A stretch of 64,000 nucleotides of DNA from a bacterium (GTDB lineage Bacteria; Patescibacteriota; Patescibacteriia; UBA1558; S5-K13). The notes beneath the pieces are model-generated. The model was given only the letters and a program-made list of their open reading frames with translations, ran no database searches and was not told the origin of the DNA. The first letter of the stretch is position 1. Every line of letters starts with the position of its first letter. The DNA lies in NCBI GenBank assembly GCA_035356975.1, contig DAORGW010000001.1, positions 4,951 through 68,950 of the forward strand, given 5' to 3'. Of the stretch, positions 19,039 through 29,136 are shown piece by piece. The translations under genes were made by a program, and so were the position numbers.

Positions 19039-20490
19039 TTATTTTATTTTATATTTTTCTATTATACAAATTAATAAAATTATAAATCCAAGTCCAAGTG
19101 GATGATCTAGATATGGTGAAAAAATATGAGTCACTAGTATGCTTATAAAAGAAAGTAATAATGAAATAAAAATTACATTATTACTATTTATCAATTTAAC
19201 AGAATCTTTGATTATTTTCAAGCTTAAAATTATATAAAATAATAGTCCAAAAATGCCTATTTTAAGCCAAAAATTGAGCCATCCCCACTCAAAGCTGTAA
19301 GTTGTAACTTGACCCGTGGGGTTGGTTTCGTTGAGATTTCTCGGATCTTTTGAGAAATATGTAATTTCATGAGCAAACCCATAGCCTAGTATAGGAGAAT
19401 TTTTTATATCACCTAACATAGGACTCAATAATTCCATTCTAGAATTACTACTTGCATCAGATTCACTAACTCTACCAGATAGCATATCAGCGAAATTTAT
19501 ATGAGTGTTTGGAATTTTTAATAAGATAAAAATAAAAACTACTGATGAAATTGTGATTACTAAAAATTTTAAATAATATTTTATAATATTTATAAATTTT
19601 TCTTTTTTGAAAATTAGTATTATAAATAAAATAAATAATGCACTAAAAATTCCAAGCCAAAAGCTTCTTGAGAAACTTATTATAATTGCACATAAATTTA
19701 AAATTAATAAGGTATAAAAAAATATTTTTTCATTTTTATTTAATTTTTGAAATATTAAAATTACGAAATTTATTATAAAAGCAATCATTAAATAGACTTG
19801 ACTCTGAAAAAATATACGATAAAAATGCTCATTCATTTTTGTAATTTCTCCTAGTCGCGTGTCACGAATCCACTTGTATAAAGTTGTAAAATCCAAGAAA
19901 TTAAAATGTTGAGAAAATAAATAAAAAGCAATTATTGTTTTAAGTGATAAAAAAAGTGTGGCAGAAATAAAAATATAAAATAAATTCATTAATACTTTTT
20001 TATCTTTTATAATTTGATAATAAATTGGAAGAATTAAGAAAAATATAAAATTATTTATATCTGAATATATATTTGAAATTTTTGTTTTATTAATTAGCGC
20101 AACAATTATTCCCAAAACAAGAATTAACATATAAAAAACATGAAACCACCTATAATTACTTTTTTTAAAATCAAATTTTTTGTTTTTTACAATATAAATT
20201 AATCCCGCAATAAATGAAATCAAGAAAATAAATATTCTAATTGATAGAGAGAATCCAAATAAATCAATACTTATTAATCTCCCAAAAGAACCAATAAATA
20301 ATTCTAAAAAACTAATGTAAATAATCCATTTTACATCGCGTGAAATTAGGTAAATTATTAAAATTGCAAGAAATGAAAATGCAATATAATTAAATATTGC
20401 AAATTCATGAGCAAAGAAAAAAATAACGTCTAATATTACAAGAGACAAAAATGTTACTGAAAAGCATTTATTTTTTAGAAAATTGAACAT
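19039..20490 (-). CDS. O-antigen ligase/polymerase (Wzy_C/WaaL) family membrane protein
   Basis: Multi-TM; ISFSRSFWLG, SSNSR, PILGYGF, GIFGL. Confidence 0.8.
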   Translation of the reverse strand: MFNFLKNKCFSVTFLSLVILDVIFFFAHEFAIFNYIAFSFLAILIIYLISRDVKWIIYISFLELFIGSFGRLISIDLFGFSLSIRIFIFLISFIAGLIYIVKNKKFDFKKSNYRWFHVFYMLILVLGIIVALINKTKISNIYSDINNFIFFLILPIYYQIIKDKKVLMNLFYIFISATLFLSLKTIIAFYLFSQHFNFLDFTTLYKWIRDTRLGEITKMNEHFYRIFFQSQVYLMIAFIINFVILIFQKLNKNEKIFFYTLLILNLCAIIISFSRSFWLGIFSALFILFIILIFKKEKFINIIKYYLKFLVITISSVVFIFILLKIPNTHINFADMLSGRVSESDASSNSRMELLSPMLGDIKNSPILGYGFAHEITYFSKDPRNLNETNPTGQVTTYSFEWGWLNFWLKIGIFGLLFYIILSLKIIKDSVKLINSNNVIFISLLLSFISILVTHIFSPYLDHPLGLGFIILLICIIEKYKIK

Positions 20491-21380
20491 TATAGATATT
20501 TCTTTTTTTTAGGTAATATGTGTAATTTTACACCGAGTATAACAAGTCTTACAATAAACCAATTTATTACAATAAAAAATCTTAAAATTAAAACTTGTAA
20601 TTTACTTTTATGTTTTTTAAAATATACTAGTAAACTATTATTAAAAGTTTTCTGATTTTTTAGGATTTTTTCTTGTTTAAAACTTTCACCTTTGTGATGT
20701 TTTATGCTTGTAATTGGCGTAAAAATTATGTCTAATCCATGTTTTCTTATTCTTGTACATAAATCAACTTCTTCAAATAAAAGCCAGTAATCCTCGTCTA
20801 ATAATCCGCCAACACTCTCTATTACTTTTTTGCTCGTTAATAAAAATGCACCCATAACTTGATCAACTTTTTTCTCACTATTATAGTCAAAATCTAACAT
20901 ATAATATTTTCTTATTGCAGGAATTAATCGTGGAAAAAAATTGTGTAATTTTAAAAGAATAAAAATTTGTGATGATAAAGTTGGTAATCTTCTACATGAT
21001 GGTTGAAGTGTAGAGTCACTATTTAATAATTTACATGCAATTGCTCCAATATTTTCGTGCGAGTCAAAAATTTCAATTAATTCTTTAAGTGAATCAAATT
21101 CAATAAATTCTGTATCAGGATTTAGAAGTAAAATGTGATCGTATTTTGATAGTTTATAGCCTATATTATTTGCTTTTGCAAAGCCAAGATTTCCGCCCGA
21201 TGGAATATATCTAGCCTGTGGATATTTTGATTTCACCATTTCCTCGCTTCCGTCATTTGAATCATTATCAACTACAATAACGTCTAAATCAATATTTTTG
21301 TTAAATTCAAAAAGCGAAGATAATGTTTTATCAAGCAAATCTTTTACTTTGTAATTTACGATTATGATTGAGATTGACAT
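20490..21380 (-). CDS. GT2 glycosyltransferase (possible rhamnosyltransferase)
   Basis: VVDNDSNDGS, NLGFAKANN, LLLNPDT, FEEVDLC. Confidence 0.92.
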   Translation of the reverse strand: MSISIIIVNYKVKDLLDKTLSSLFEFNKNIDLDVIVVDNDSNDGSEEMVKSKYPQARYIPSGGNLGFAKANNIGYKLSKYDHILLLNPDTEFIEFDSLKELIEIFDSHENIGAIACKLLNSDSTLQPSCRRLPTLSSQIFILLKLHNFFPRLIPAIRKYYMLDFDYNSEKKVDQVMGAFLLTSKKVIESVGGLLDEDYWLLFEEVDLCTRIRKHGLDIIFTPITSIKHHKGESFKQEKILKNQKTFNNSLLVYFKKHKSKLQVLILRFFIVINWFIVRLVILGVKLHILPKKKKYL

Positions 21381-21381
21381 G

Positions 21382-21639
21382 CTAATTAAATTTACACCCT
21401 TCTTTTCTTAAAATTTCAATTTTTTTCATCTCTCCCCTGTTATATCCGCCAATTTTTCCATCAGATCTTATTACTCTATGACATGGAATTTTTGGATCAT
21501 AATTTTTATTTAAAATATTGCCTACAGCTCGGTAGGCTCGAGGCTTACCGACTGCAATAGCGACTTCTTTGTAAGTCATTACTTCTCCTTTTGGAATCTT
21601 GGAAACAATTTTATATACTTCTTCAGAAAATTTGGACAT
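21382..21639 (-). CDS. Methylated-DNA--protein-cysteine methyltransferase, C-terminal domain only
   Basis: IPKGEVMTY.EVA...RAVG, IPCHRVI active-site motif. Confidence 0.9.
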   Translation of the reverse strand: MSKFSEEVYKIVSKIPKGEVMTYKEVAIAVGKPRAYRAVGNILNKNYDPKIPCHRVIRSDGKIGGYNRGEMKKIEILRKEGCKFN

Positions 21640-22635
21640 TTAAATTTTTTGACATAGTTCTATCATTCTATTTGAAAAACCCCATTCATTGTCATACCAA
21701 GAAACAAGTTTTATTAAATTTCCATCCATTACATTTGTAAGTGATAAGTCCAAAATTGATGAATGTGGGTTTCCTATTATATCGCATGATACAACTGGAT
21801 CGTTTGTTGTCATTAAAATTCCTTTGAATTTTTTATCTTTTGAGCATTTCACAAACAATTCATTGATTTGTTCTACTGTAACTTTTTCTTTTAATTTTAT
21901 TGTTATATCTGATAGCGATCCATCAACAACAGGAACTCTGATTGCAAATCCATCAAATTTTCCTTTTAATTTTGGAATGGCACGGGTTACAGCAATTGCT
22001 GCTCCAGTTGAAGTTGGAATAATATTCATGGCAGCAGCGCGGGCTCTTCTTAGGTCGCTGTGTGGGCCATCCATGAGGTTTTGATCTGCAGTGTAAGCAT
22101 GAACTGTAGTCATAAGAGCTTTTTCTACTTCGAAATTATCACTAATTATTTTCATAACTGGTGCAATACAATTTGTTGTGCACGACGCTAAATCATAAAC
22201 ATTTGTAGATTTTTTAATTTTTTCTTCATTTACGCCTAAAACTACTGTTTCTACATTTTCACCTTTTGCAGGAGCAGAAATTATAACTTTTTTGGCCCCT
22301 GCCTTCATATGCTTTTGTGCATCTTCATAAGTTCTAAAAATTCCAGTACATTCTAAAACTACATCAACTTTTAAATCTTTCCAAGGTAATAATGTTGGAT
22401 CTTTTTGAGCATATACTGGATATGCAATTCCATCAACTACAATTCCATTTTTATTGGCTGTTACCTTATTCTCGATTCTTTTTTGAGCACTGTCATATTT
22501 TAGTAAGTGTGCTAGAGTAGCTGAATCAGCTAAATCATTAATTGCAACAACTTCAACATCTTTTTTTGTAAGTGCTACTCTAAATGCCATACGGCCAATA
22601 CGACCGAAACCATTTATTGCGATACGTTTTTTCAT
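21640..22635 (-). CDS. gap: Glyceraldehyde-3-phosphate dehydrogenase, type I
   Basis: INGFGRIGR, ASCTTNC, WYDNEWG. Confidence 0.98.
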   Translation of the reverse strand: MKKRIAINGFGRIGRMAFRVALTKKDVEVVAINDLADSATLAHLLKYDSAQKRIENKVTANKNGIVVDGIAYPVYAQKDPTLLPWKDLKVDVVLECTGIFRTYEDAQKHMKAGAKKVIISAPAKGENVETVVLGVNEEKIKKSTNVYDLASCTTNCIAPVMKIISDNFEVEKALMTTVHAYTADQNLMDGPHSDLRRARAAAMNIIPTSTGAAIAVTRAIPKLKGKFDGFAIRVPVVDGSLSDITIKLKEKVTVEQINELFVKCSKDKKFKGILMTTNDPVVSCDIIGNPHSSILDLSLTNVMDGNLIKLVSWYDNEWGFSNRMIELCQKI

Positions 22636-22669
22636 ATTTTTTTATTATTAATTATTTATTAATTTAGAA

Positions 22670-22788
22670 AAATTTTTGCTTTATTAGCTATTAAACAATT
22701 TTGTCATTCTGAACTTGATTCAGAATCTCAAAATTGTTTTGTGTTCTGGATTCCGGATCAAGTCCGGAATGACAAAGAGCAAAAATTT
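22670..22788. repeat. REP-doublet/MITE-like element, copy 1
   Basis: Outer inverted ends AAATTTTTGC...GCAAAAATTT; core 22703-22773 GTCATTCTGAACTTGATTCAGAATCT...GGATTCCGGATCAAGTCCGGAATGAC, identical to 24293-24363. Confidence 0.9.
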
Positions 22789-22792
22789 CTAT

Positions 22793-23578
22793 TTATTTTT
22801 TTACTTTTAAATCATTAAAGACGCCTCTTTTGTCTAATTCATCGTAATATCCACGTGGATCATGTAATAAAACCCTTGTTATTATTCCGTTTATATTATG
22901 TGTTTTTTGTTTTTGTATATTTTTACGTCCAAAAAACATAATAAAGACAAGTATTGGAATCATAATTAACATAAAAATTATTGCAGTAAAATCTTTAAAC
23001 AACACTGCAAATACTAAAAACATTATTACGATTATCAATGGTCCAAATAGTGTCCATGTTAATATTTCTTTTTTATTAAATTCTAATGTTCCCCATTCTT
23101 TTATTGTTGTTTTATTATCTAATATTTTTTTTATTAAATTAGTTGGTAAATAGCCAAATATTGAACTATAGTATGGTTTACCGTTTATAAAAGTAACATT
23201 TGCTTTTGTTAATGGATCAAATTTTTCAAAAATTAAACTTCTATAGTAATGAAATGGATCTGTAACAAAAGAATTAAAATCATATATTTCTATTTGTTTC
23301 CCATTGTAAGTTCCTTTTATAATATTTTTCTTTTGTGAAAAATCTAACTTTCTAAATTTCTTTTTTTCATCTTCTAGAAGCTGTAAATTATATTTTTTTG
23401 CAAATTTTTTTATTTCTTTTTTTCTAGAAAAAAGTTTTGAGATATTCCAAGCTATAATAACTATTAATGCAATTATACATATTATTAATAGCCAAAAAGA
23501 AGAGCCATTTGTAAATATTTCTTCTTTTATGATATCTAAAAAACCTTTTATATCACCCCAAAAACTATAATCTTCCAT
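22793..23578 (-). CDS. Hypothetical membrane protein (about 3 TM)
   Basis: 261 aa ORF, hydrophobic segments, no recognised motif. Confidence 0.7.
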   Translation of the reverse strand: MEDYSFWGDIKGFLDIIKEEIFTNGSSFWLLIICIIALIVIIAWNISKLFSRKKEIKKFAKKYNLQLLEDEKKKFRKLDFSQKKNIIKGTYNGKQIEIYDFNSFVTDPFHYYRSLIFEKFDPLTKANVTFINGKPYYSSIFGYLPTNLIKKILDNKTTIKEWGTLEFNKKEILTWTLFGPLIIVIMFLVFAVLFKDFTAIIFMLIMIPILVFIMFFGRKNIQKQKTHNINGIITRVLLHDPRGYYDELDKRGVFNDLKVKK

Positions 23579-23589
23579 ATTTTTAAAAA

Positions 23590-24246
23590 TTATTTTATTA
23601 AATTAACTTTTTGAATCTTTTTATAATATAAGATAAATAATATGCCTCCTATTAATGTTATTAATGAAAGAATTATAAATATTGGTTCTTGTATGGACTT
23701 AATTCCATTTCCAATATAGGCCAAGCTTAAACTTCCGCTTACTTGTCCTATAATCACTAATGTTAAGAAAATTTTTGGAGAAATTTTTGAAAAACCAGCA
23801 AGATATGATATCTCGTCATCTGGAAATAAGGGTAAAAAGTAAGCTAAAAATATTAATAATTTTCCTTTTTCAAAGAAATAGTCATATTTTTCAATGGTTT
23901 CTGTTTTAATAACCCTTTTTATTATTTTTCTACAAAATATTCTTCCTAAATAAAATGCAATTGCCGTTCCCATCACTCTACCAATAAAATTATAAATAAA
24001 ACCCCACCAAAGTCCAAAAATAAATCCACCCGCAATTGATATTGTATAATGGCTAATCGGAGTAATTACTACTTGCAATATTTGAATCAAAATAAATATT
24101 ATTGGTGCAAAAATACCAAATTGATTTATAAAAGTTCTAATTGATTCTTGGTTAGAAAAGAATTTAATAGGAAAAATATAACCAAGTATTAATAAAATAA
24201 TGGGAATGAATGTTAGTAAATACCAAAATAATTTATTTTTTTTCAT
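23590..24246 (-). CDS. TVP38/TMEM64 (VTT/DedA superfamily) membrane protein
   Basis: LQVVITPI, AGGFIFG, FYLGR.F, LPLFPDD.ISYLAG. Confidence 0.88.
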   Translation of the reverse strand: MKKNKLFWYLLTFIPIILLILGYIFPIKFFSNQESIRTFINQFGIFAPIIFILIQILQVVITPISHYTISIAGGFIFGLWWGFIYNFIGRVMGTAIAFYLGRIFCRKIIKRVIKTETIEKYDYFFEKGKLLIFLAYFLPLFPDDEISYLAGFSKISPKIFLTLVIIGQVSGSLSLAYIGNGIKSIQEPIFIILSLITLIGGILFILYYKKIQKVNLIK

Positions 24247-24259
24247 TCTACTTTCTTGG

Positions 24260-24378
24260 AAATTTTTGCTCTTTTAGTCTTCAAACTATTTTGTCATTCT
24301 GAACTTGATTCAGAATCTCAAAATTGTTTTGTGTTCTGGATTCCGGATCAAGTCCGGAATGACGGGGTGCAAAAATTT
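24260..24378. repeat. REP-doublet/MITE-like element, copy 2
   Basis: Direct-repeat copy of 22670..22788 at a 1590 bp offset; identical 71-bp core and conserved outer inverted ends. Confidence 0.9.
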
Positions 24379-24924
24379 TTATTTTATTAAAGTATATCCA
24401 AGTTCAAGCGCTTTTTCATTTAAAATTTTCAAATTCGGATTTTTTATATATTTATCTTCAAAAACATGATTTATTGAATTTTTTGCATCGCTCAAATTTA
24501 TAAAATCTTTTATTGTTTTCATAATTGCGCCAAGTACTAACATGTTCATAACACGCTGAGAGCCAATTTCTTTTGAAAGTGTATCAAATGCAAAACCATG
24601 TGAATTTTTTATTTTTTTAATATCTGGATCATTTATCAAATCAGTATTATAAATTACAATAGAATCTTTGTTGATATAATCATTTGCACGTTTAAAAGCA
24701 CGTTCTGATAAAATTACCATAATATCTGCTTTTAGAAATTTTGGATAATAAATAATTTCATTTCCGAATTGAATATACCCCATAGATACTCCCCCACGTT
24801 GTTCTACTCCGTAATTTGGTACAAAGCTTATGTGAAAATCTTTATTATTTAAAATATCCAATAAAATTTTACTAAGTGATTGAACTCCTTGACCGCCCTC
24901 ACCCGCTATTAATATTTTTTTCAT
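24379..24924 (-). CDS. 2-oxoacid:ferredoxin oxidoreductase gamma subunit
   Basis: AGEGGQGV, PNYGVEQRGG.S, NM..LGA, N.KALELG. Confidence 0.92.
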   Translation of the reverse strand: MKKILIAGEGGQGVQSLSKILLDILNNKDFHISFVPNYGVEQRGGVSMGYIQFGNEIIYYPKFLKADIMVILSERAFKRANDYINKDSIVIYNTDLINDPDIKKIKNSHGFAFDTLSKEIGSQRVMNMLVLGAIMKTIKDFINLSDAKNSINHVFEDKYIKNPNLKILNEKALELGYTLIK

Positions 24925-24925
24925 A

Positions 24926-25657
24926 TTATTTGTTCTCCTTTGTAAATTCCTTAACCGGATATATTGATTTTAATTTATTCATAAATTCAATTGTGGCTTT
25001 TGCGTCTGTTTTCCAGTTTGTAGGACAAAATGATAAGACTTCTACAAATGAAAATCCCTTTCCTTGCATTTGCCATTCAATTGCTTTTTTAATAAATCCT
25101 TTGAGTTGAATTGGATTATCTACTGATCCACGAGCAATATAAGCTGGTAATTCACTTGCATTTGATAATAATTCAGGGCCTTGTATAAAAAATTCATCAG
25201 CCCCTGACTGAGTTGTTGCTGTAATTTGCTGAGGTATTGTTGTCGGTGCTTCCTGACCTCCTGTCATTCCATAGTTTGCGTTATTTACAATAATAACAGT
25301 AATATTTTCATTTCTTATTCTTGCGCTTATTAAATGTTGCATTCCTATTGCATAAGCACCACCGTCTCCTAAATATGCAATTGCAACCATATTGGGGCGA
25401 GACCTTTTTGCGCCCGTTACAACGGGAATTGTTCTTCCATGGTGAGTTTGCATTGTATCAACATTGAAAAAATTCCAAGCCAACAGTGAGCAACCAATAT
25501 CAATTCCAAATAGTGTATTACTTTGAATTTCTAATTCATCAACTATATAACCCAATTGTTTAAGTAGTATTGGATGACCACAACCAGGACAAAAATTATG
25601 AGGTTTAGATGAGTGTTTCCAACATTTTGGCCAAGAAAGATTATTTTTATTTTCCAT
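24926..25657 (-). CDS. 2-oxoacid:ferredoxin oxidoreductase beta (TPP-binding) subunit
   Basis: FCPGCGH, IGCS, HGR, GDGG...NNANYGMTGGQ, CPTNW. Confidence 0.93.
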   Translation of the reverse strand: MENKNNLSWPKCWKHSSKPHNFCPGCGHPILLKQLGYIVDELEIQSNTLFGIDIGCSLLAWNFFNVDTMQTHHGRTIPVVTGAKRSRPNMVAIAYLGDGGAYAIGMQHLISARIRNENITVIIVNNANYGMTGGQEAPTTIPQQITATTQSGADEFFIQGPELLSNASELPAYIARGSVDNPIQLKGFIKKAIEWQMQGKGFSFVEVLSFCPTNWKTDAKATIEFMNKLKSIYPVKEFTKENK

Positions 25658-25662
25658 ATATT

Positions 25663-26718
25663 TTATTTATTCTTTTTAATTAACTCAATAATTTCTTCGG
25701 GTGTTATTCCAAGTGCTGGTTTATTGTAAGTAATTATTGGAATATTTAATCCGTATAAATTTTCCTTTACAAGTTTTAACAACTGATTATATGCTGATTC
25801 AGTTACAATTATCTGTTTGATTCCCTTTAATTCTTTTTTAAGTGCAGAATTAGGAAATGGATTTATTGTAATTGGACGAAATAATTTTACAGATTTTTTC
25901 TTTGTATCATATAATGCCTGTTTTACAGATGAAGCAACATTTCCATGAGCAATTATAAGAGTATCTTTTTTGGATTTATCAAATTCATAGACTTCATGCT
26001 CTTCAATTTGAGATCTTATTTTATTCCATTTTTCAATTAAAATTTTATTGTTTTCAAAGCATTCTTCTTCAACTGAATAAGTATTTCTTAAATTTATATA
26101 TTCTTTTTCATCATTTCCCCTTTTATCTGATTTTAAAATTAAAGGAAAACTTTTTTCTAAATTTTTTGCTTGTTTGATTTCTACATTTGTTCTTGTCTTT
26201 AGTGTGTATCCATCAGTTAAAACAAAAGTTGGGGTCGTGTATTTCCAAGCTGTGTTAAATGCTTTTATTGTGTAATCATATAATTCTTGAATTGTTGATG
26301 GACTGTAAACGATTCTATAACCCTCTCCATTTCCTCCGAATGCTGTTAATGTTAATTCTTGCTGGGAGTAAATAACCGAAGCAGTTGATGGTCCCCCACG
26401 TTGGCCTATAATAGCAACAATCGGAATTTGCATTGCTTCGGCCATTGAAAATGCGTCTTGCATTAAGATATTCCCAGGTCCAGCAGTAGCTGTAAATGCC
26501 TTTTTTCCTGTCATAACCGCTCCTATTGTTGTAAATCCAGCAGACATTTCATCTTCTGTTTGAAGAAAAATCAAGTTTTTTTTATTCTTCTCATAAATAG
26601 TGTCCCATCCCGCCATTATTTCCGTTGCTGGAGTAATTGGATAACCAAAAAAAGCCGTTGCACCAGCATTTAGTGCGGCATGCACAACAATTTCATTTCC
26701 TGTTAATAATTCTTTCAT
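25663..26718 (-). CDS. 2-oxoacid:ferredoxin oxidoreductase alpha subunit
   Basis: GNE...GYPITPATEI, QTEDE, TATAGPG, QRGGPST. Confidence 0.93.
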   Translation of the reverse strand: MKELLTGNEIVVHAALNAGATAFFGYPITPATEIMAGWDTIYEKNKKNLIFLQTEDEMSAGFTTIGAVMTGKKAFTATAGPGNILMQDAFSMAEAMQIPIVAIIGQRGGPSTASVIYSQQELTLTAFGGNGEGYRIVYSPSTIQELYDYTIKAFNTAWKYTTPTFVLTDGYTLKTRTNVEIKQAKNLEKSFPLILKSDKRGNDEKEYINLRNTYSVEEECFENNKILIEKWNKIRSQIEEHEVYEFDKSKKDTLIIAHGNVASSVKQALYDTKKKSVKLFRPITINPFPNSALKKELKGIKQIIVTESAYNQLLKLVKENLYGLNIPIITYNKPALGITPEEIIELIKKNK

Positions 26719-26746
26719 TTTATTTAAAATTTATTAATTAATTATT

Positions 26747-27322
26747 TTATTCTTCAAATATGTAATCATCATCTTCATCTCTTTCCTTTTTTTGAGTATC
26801 AATTTCTTCTTTAGAATTATCTTGTATGTAAATTTTTTGAGGTTGTTTTTCTAAATTTTCTGAATCAATTTTAATTTGTTTTTCTTCGCTTTCTTCTATG
26901 GTGGGTTTTATTTCATTTGTGTCATTTACAGAATAAATAATTTCATCATTTTCAGACACCTCTTTGTCTTTTGATTTTATTTTATTTTCATATATCTTAA
27001 ATTCTCTATCCATGCGGGATAATTTTTTAAATAATCTTATTAAAATTCCTAGAATTAAAATTAAAGAAAAAAGTAGAGCCCAAAAATAAGGTTTTTTGTA
27101 ATTTATTATATTTATTGAGGTAGATTCTTCATCATCTATTCCGCTTATTTCATTTGCAAGTTTTCCCGCTTCACGCTCTGGAAATGTTAATTCAAGTTCT
27201 TGTGCTGTGCTTGTAGTTATTTCTGTTCCATCTTCATTTACCTTGTGGTATTCAGCAAAACAAATATTTATTGCAAATATATTTATAAACACCAAAAAAA
27301 TTATTGTTTTTATTTGTTTCAT
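26747..27322 (-). CDS. Hypothetical membrane-anchored protein with an acidic tail
   Basis: Signal peptide, one TM segment, acidic C-terminus; 4-nt overlap with ackA. Confidence 0.65.
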   Translation of the reverse strand: MKQIKTIIFLVFINIFAINICFAEYHKVNEDGTEITTSTAQELELTFPEREAGKLANEISGIDDEESTSINIINYKKPYFWALLFSLILILGILIRLFKKLSRMDREFKIYENKIKSKDKEVSENDEIIYSVNDTNEIKPTIEESEEKQIKIDSENLEKQPQKIYIQDNSKEEIDTQKKERDEDDDYIFEE

Positions 27323-28437
27323 TGTATTTTTGATAACATTAACATGTATTTTTCTTCATTGGATTTTACAACTAGAGTTTTTACATGACGCAATATTTTT
27401 AAATCTTTTAGAATTAAATTTCTAATATCAGAATTTCTTTCTCCAATTCCACCGGAAAAAACTATTGCATCAATTTTATTATCAAATAAAGTGATGTAAC
27501 TTGAAATTTGTCTTTGAATGCTATAAATAAACATATTTAATGCTAATTTAGCAAGATTTTTTAATTTATTATTGGGTTTTATTTTTGATTTATATCCAGG
27601 AATTTTATAGCCACATAAAATCATAATATCTCTTAAATCTTTTATTTTTGTAATTCCATATAATCCAGAACCAAAATTTAAAATATCTTTTATCTCTTGG
27701 TTTTTTAATCCGAGATTAGAAAGATAAAAAATTATTTCACTATCAATTGTCCCAGATCTACTCATCATCATTAAACCTGAATTTGGTGAAAATCCCATTG
27801 AAATTTCAATTGCTTTACCATTTTTTATAGCACTTATACTTGCTCCTCCACCAAGATGACAAGTAATCAAATTTAAATCACCTATTTTTTTATTTAATTT
27901 TTTACTAGCTTCTTTCAGCATTCCATAATGAGAAAATCCATGAAATCCAAATTTTCTGATTTTATATTTTTTTGCAATTTCATAATTTATTGGATATAGA
28001 TATGTTTTTTCATCTAGTGTTTTAAAAAACATTGTATCAAAAACTCCAACATGATCACATTTTTTCCATAAATTTATTGCGGATTTTACCGTTTTTAGAT
28101 TTATAGGGTTGTGAAGTGGAGCAAGCGGACTAAATTTTTCAATTTGTTTTATAATAGTAGAATTTAATTTTATTGGTTTTTGAAATTTATCTCCGCCGTG
28201 AACAATTCTATGAATTATTGATTTAATTTTTATTTTTTTAAAATTTAGATAATTATTTACAATTTTAAGTGCTTCATCGTGAGAAGAAATATTTTTAATT
28301 TCTTTTTTATTTTTAAATTCAATAATTGAATGTTTGTCTCCTATTTTTTCTATAATACCAAAATCTAATTCCTGATATTTTTTATCAAAAACTTTGAATT
28401 TTAATGATGTGCTCCCACTATTTATTACTAAAAACAT
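27319..28437 (-). CDS. ackA: Acetate/propionate kinase
   Basis: INSGSTSLKF, HRIVHGG, LAPLHNP, GFHG.SH, HLG.GAS, GGIGE, NEE. Confidence 0.93.
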   Translation of the reverse strand: MFLVINSGSTSLKFKVFDKKYQELDFGIIEKIGDKHSIIEFKNKKEIKNISSHDEALKIVNNYLNFKKIKIKSIIHRIVHGGDKFQKPIKLNSTIIKQIEKFSPLAPLHNPINLKTVKSAINLWKKCDHVGVFDTMFFKTLDEKTYLYPINYEIAKKYKIRKFGFHGFSHYGMLKEASKKLNKKIGDLNLITCHLGGGASISAIKNGKAIEISMGFSPNSGLMMMSRSGTIDSEIIFYLSNLGLKNQEIKDILNFGSGLYGITKIKDLRDIMILCGYKIPGYKSKIKPNNKLKNLAKLALNMFIYSIQRQISSYITLFDNKIDAIVFSGGIGERNSDIRNLILKDLKILRHVKTLVVKSNEEKYMLMLSKIQ

Positions 28438-28443
28438 CTTGTT

Positions 28444-28558
28444 AATTTATTATTTATTATTTTCAATTTATAATTGATTTATTATTTGGCTATTTTTAAT
28501 TCAATAGTAAATTATTAAATAGTAAATGAATTGAAAATTGCAAAATAGTAAATTGAAA
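28444..28558. repeat. Inverted AT-rich heptamer arrays (gene-less)
   Basis: The left half has TATTTAT/TATTTTC-type units and the right half AAATAGT/AAATTGA-type units. It resembles the reverse complement of 36391..36512 (shared ATTTGGCTATTT, AAATAGTAAAT). Confidence 0.55.
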
Positions 28559-29125
28559 TTAGATTATGAGCTCTCCCTCATCGTTTTGATTAATGTTTAA
28601 TGCATTTGCCTCATCCATGTCTAAATGAACCCTTAATTGAAAACCTTCGCCTATTCTTACAATTATTTCATCAAGTATTCCCGCCCTATCACCTTCAAAC
28701 TTCAATTTTACAACTTGTCTATCTTTTAAATTGAGTTCTTTGGCTTCTTCAGGAGAAATATGTAGGTGTCTTTTTGCTATAATTACACCTTTTTCTAAAT
28801 TAACTTCATTTAATTCATTTATAATTTTAATCCCAGGGGTGTTTTCAATGTCCCCAGATAATTTAATAGGAGCGTTAATTCCTAATTTATATGCATCAGA
28901 TTTTGATATTTCAACCTGAGTTTGATTTCTATATGGACCAAGAATTCTTACATTTTCTATTGATGTTTTTGGTCCCATTATTGTTACTGTTTCTTGAGCT
29001 GCAAAATCATCATTTTGTGATAATTTTTTAAAGAAATTTAATTCGTATCCCTCTCCATATAATTGCTCTATTAATTCCTTTGTTGGGTGAATATGTCTGT
29101 TTGAATACTCTATTTTTACTTTCAT
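28559..29125 (-). CDS. pduL: PduL-type phosphate acyltransferase
   Basis: SNRHIH, VRILGP.R.QTQVEIS..DA..LG, GVIIAKRHLH, HLDMDEANA. Confidence 0.93.
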   Translation of the reverse strand: MKVKIEYSNRHIHPTKELIEQLYGEGYELNFFKKLSQNDDFAAQETVTIMGPKTSIENVRILGPYRNQTQVEISKSDAYKLGINAPIKLSGDIENTPGIKIINELNEVNLEKGVIIAKRHLHISPEEAKELNLKDRQVVKLKFEGDRAGILDEIIVRIGEGFQLRVHLDMDEANALNINQNDEGELII

Positions 29126-29136
29126 GTTTTTTATAG

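Noticed and set aside
22670-24378. CRISPR array or integron attC cassettes
   Set aside because: There are only two copies 1.6 kb apart, no RYYYAAC/GTTRRRY ends, and no cas or intI gene in the window.
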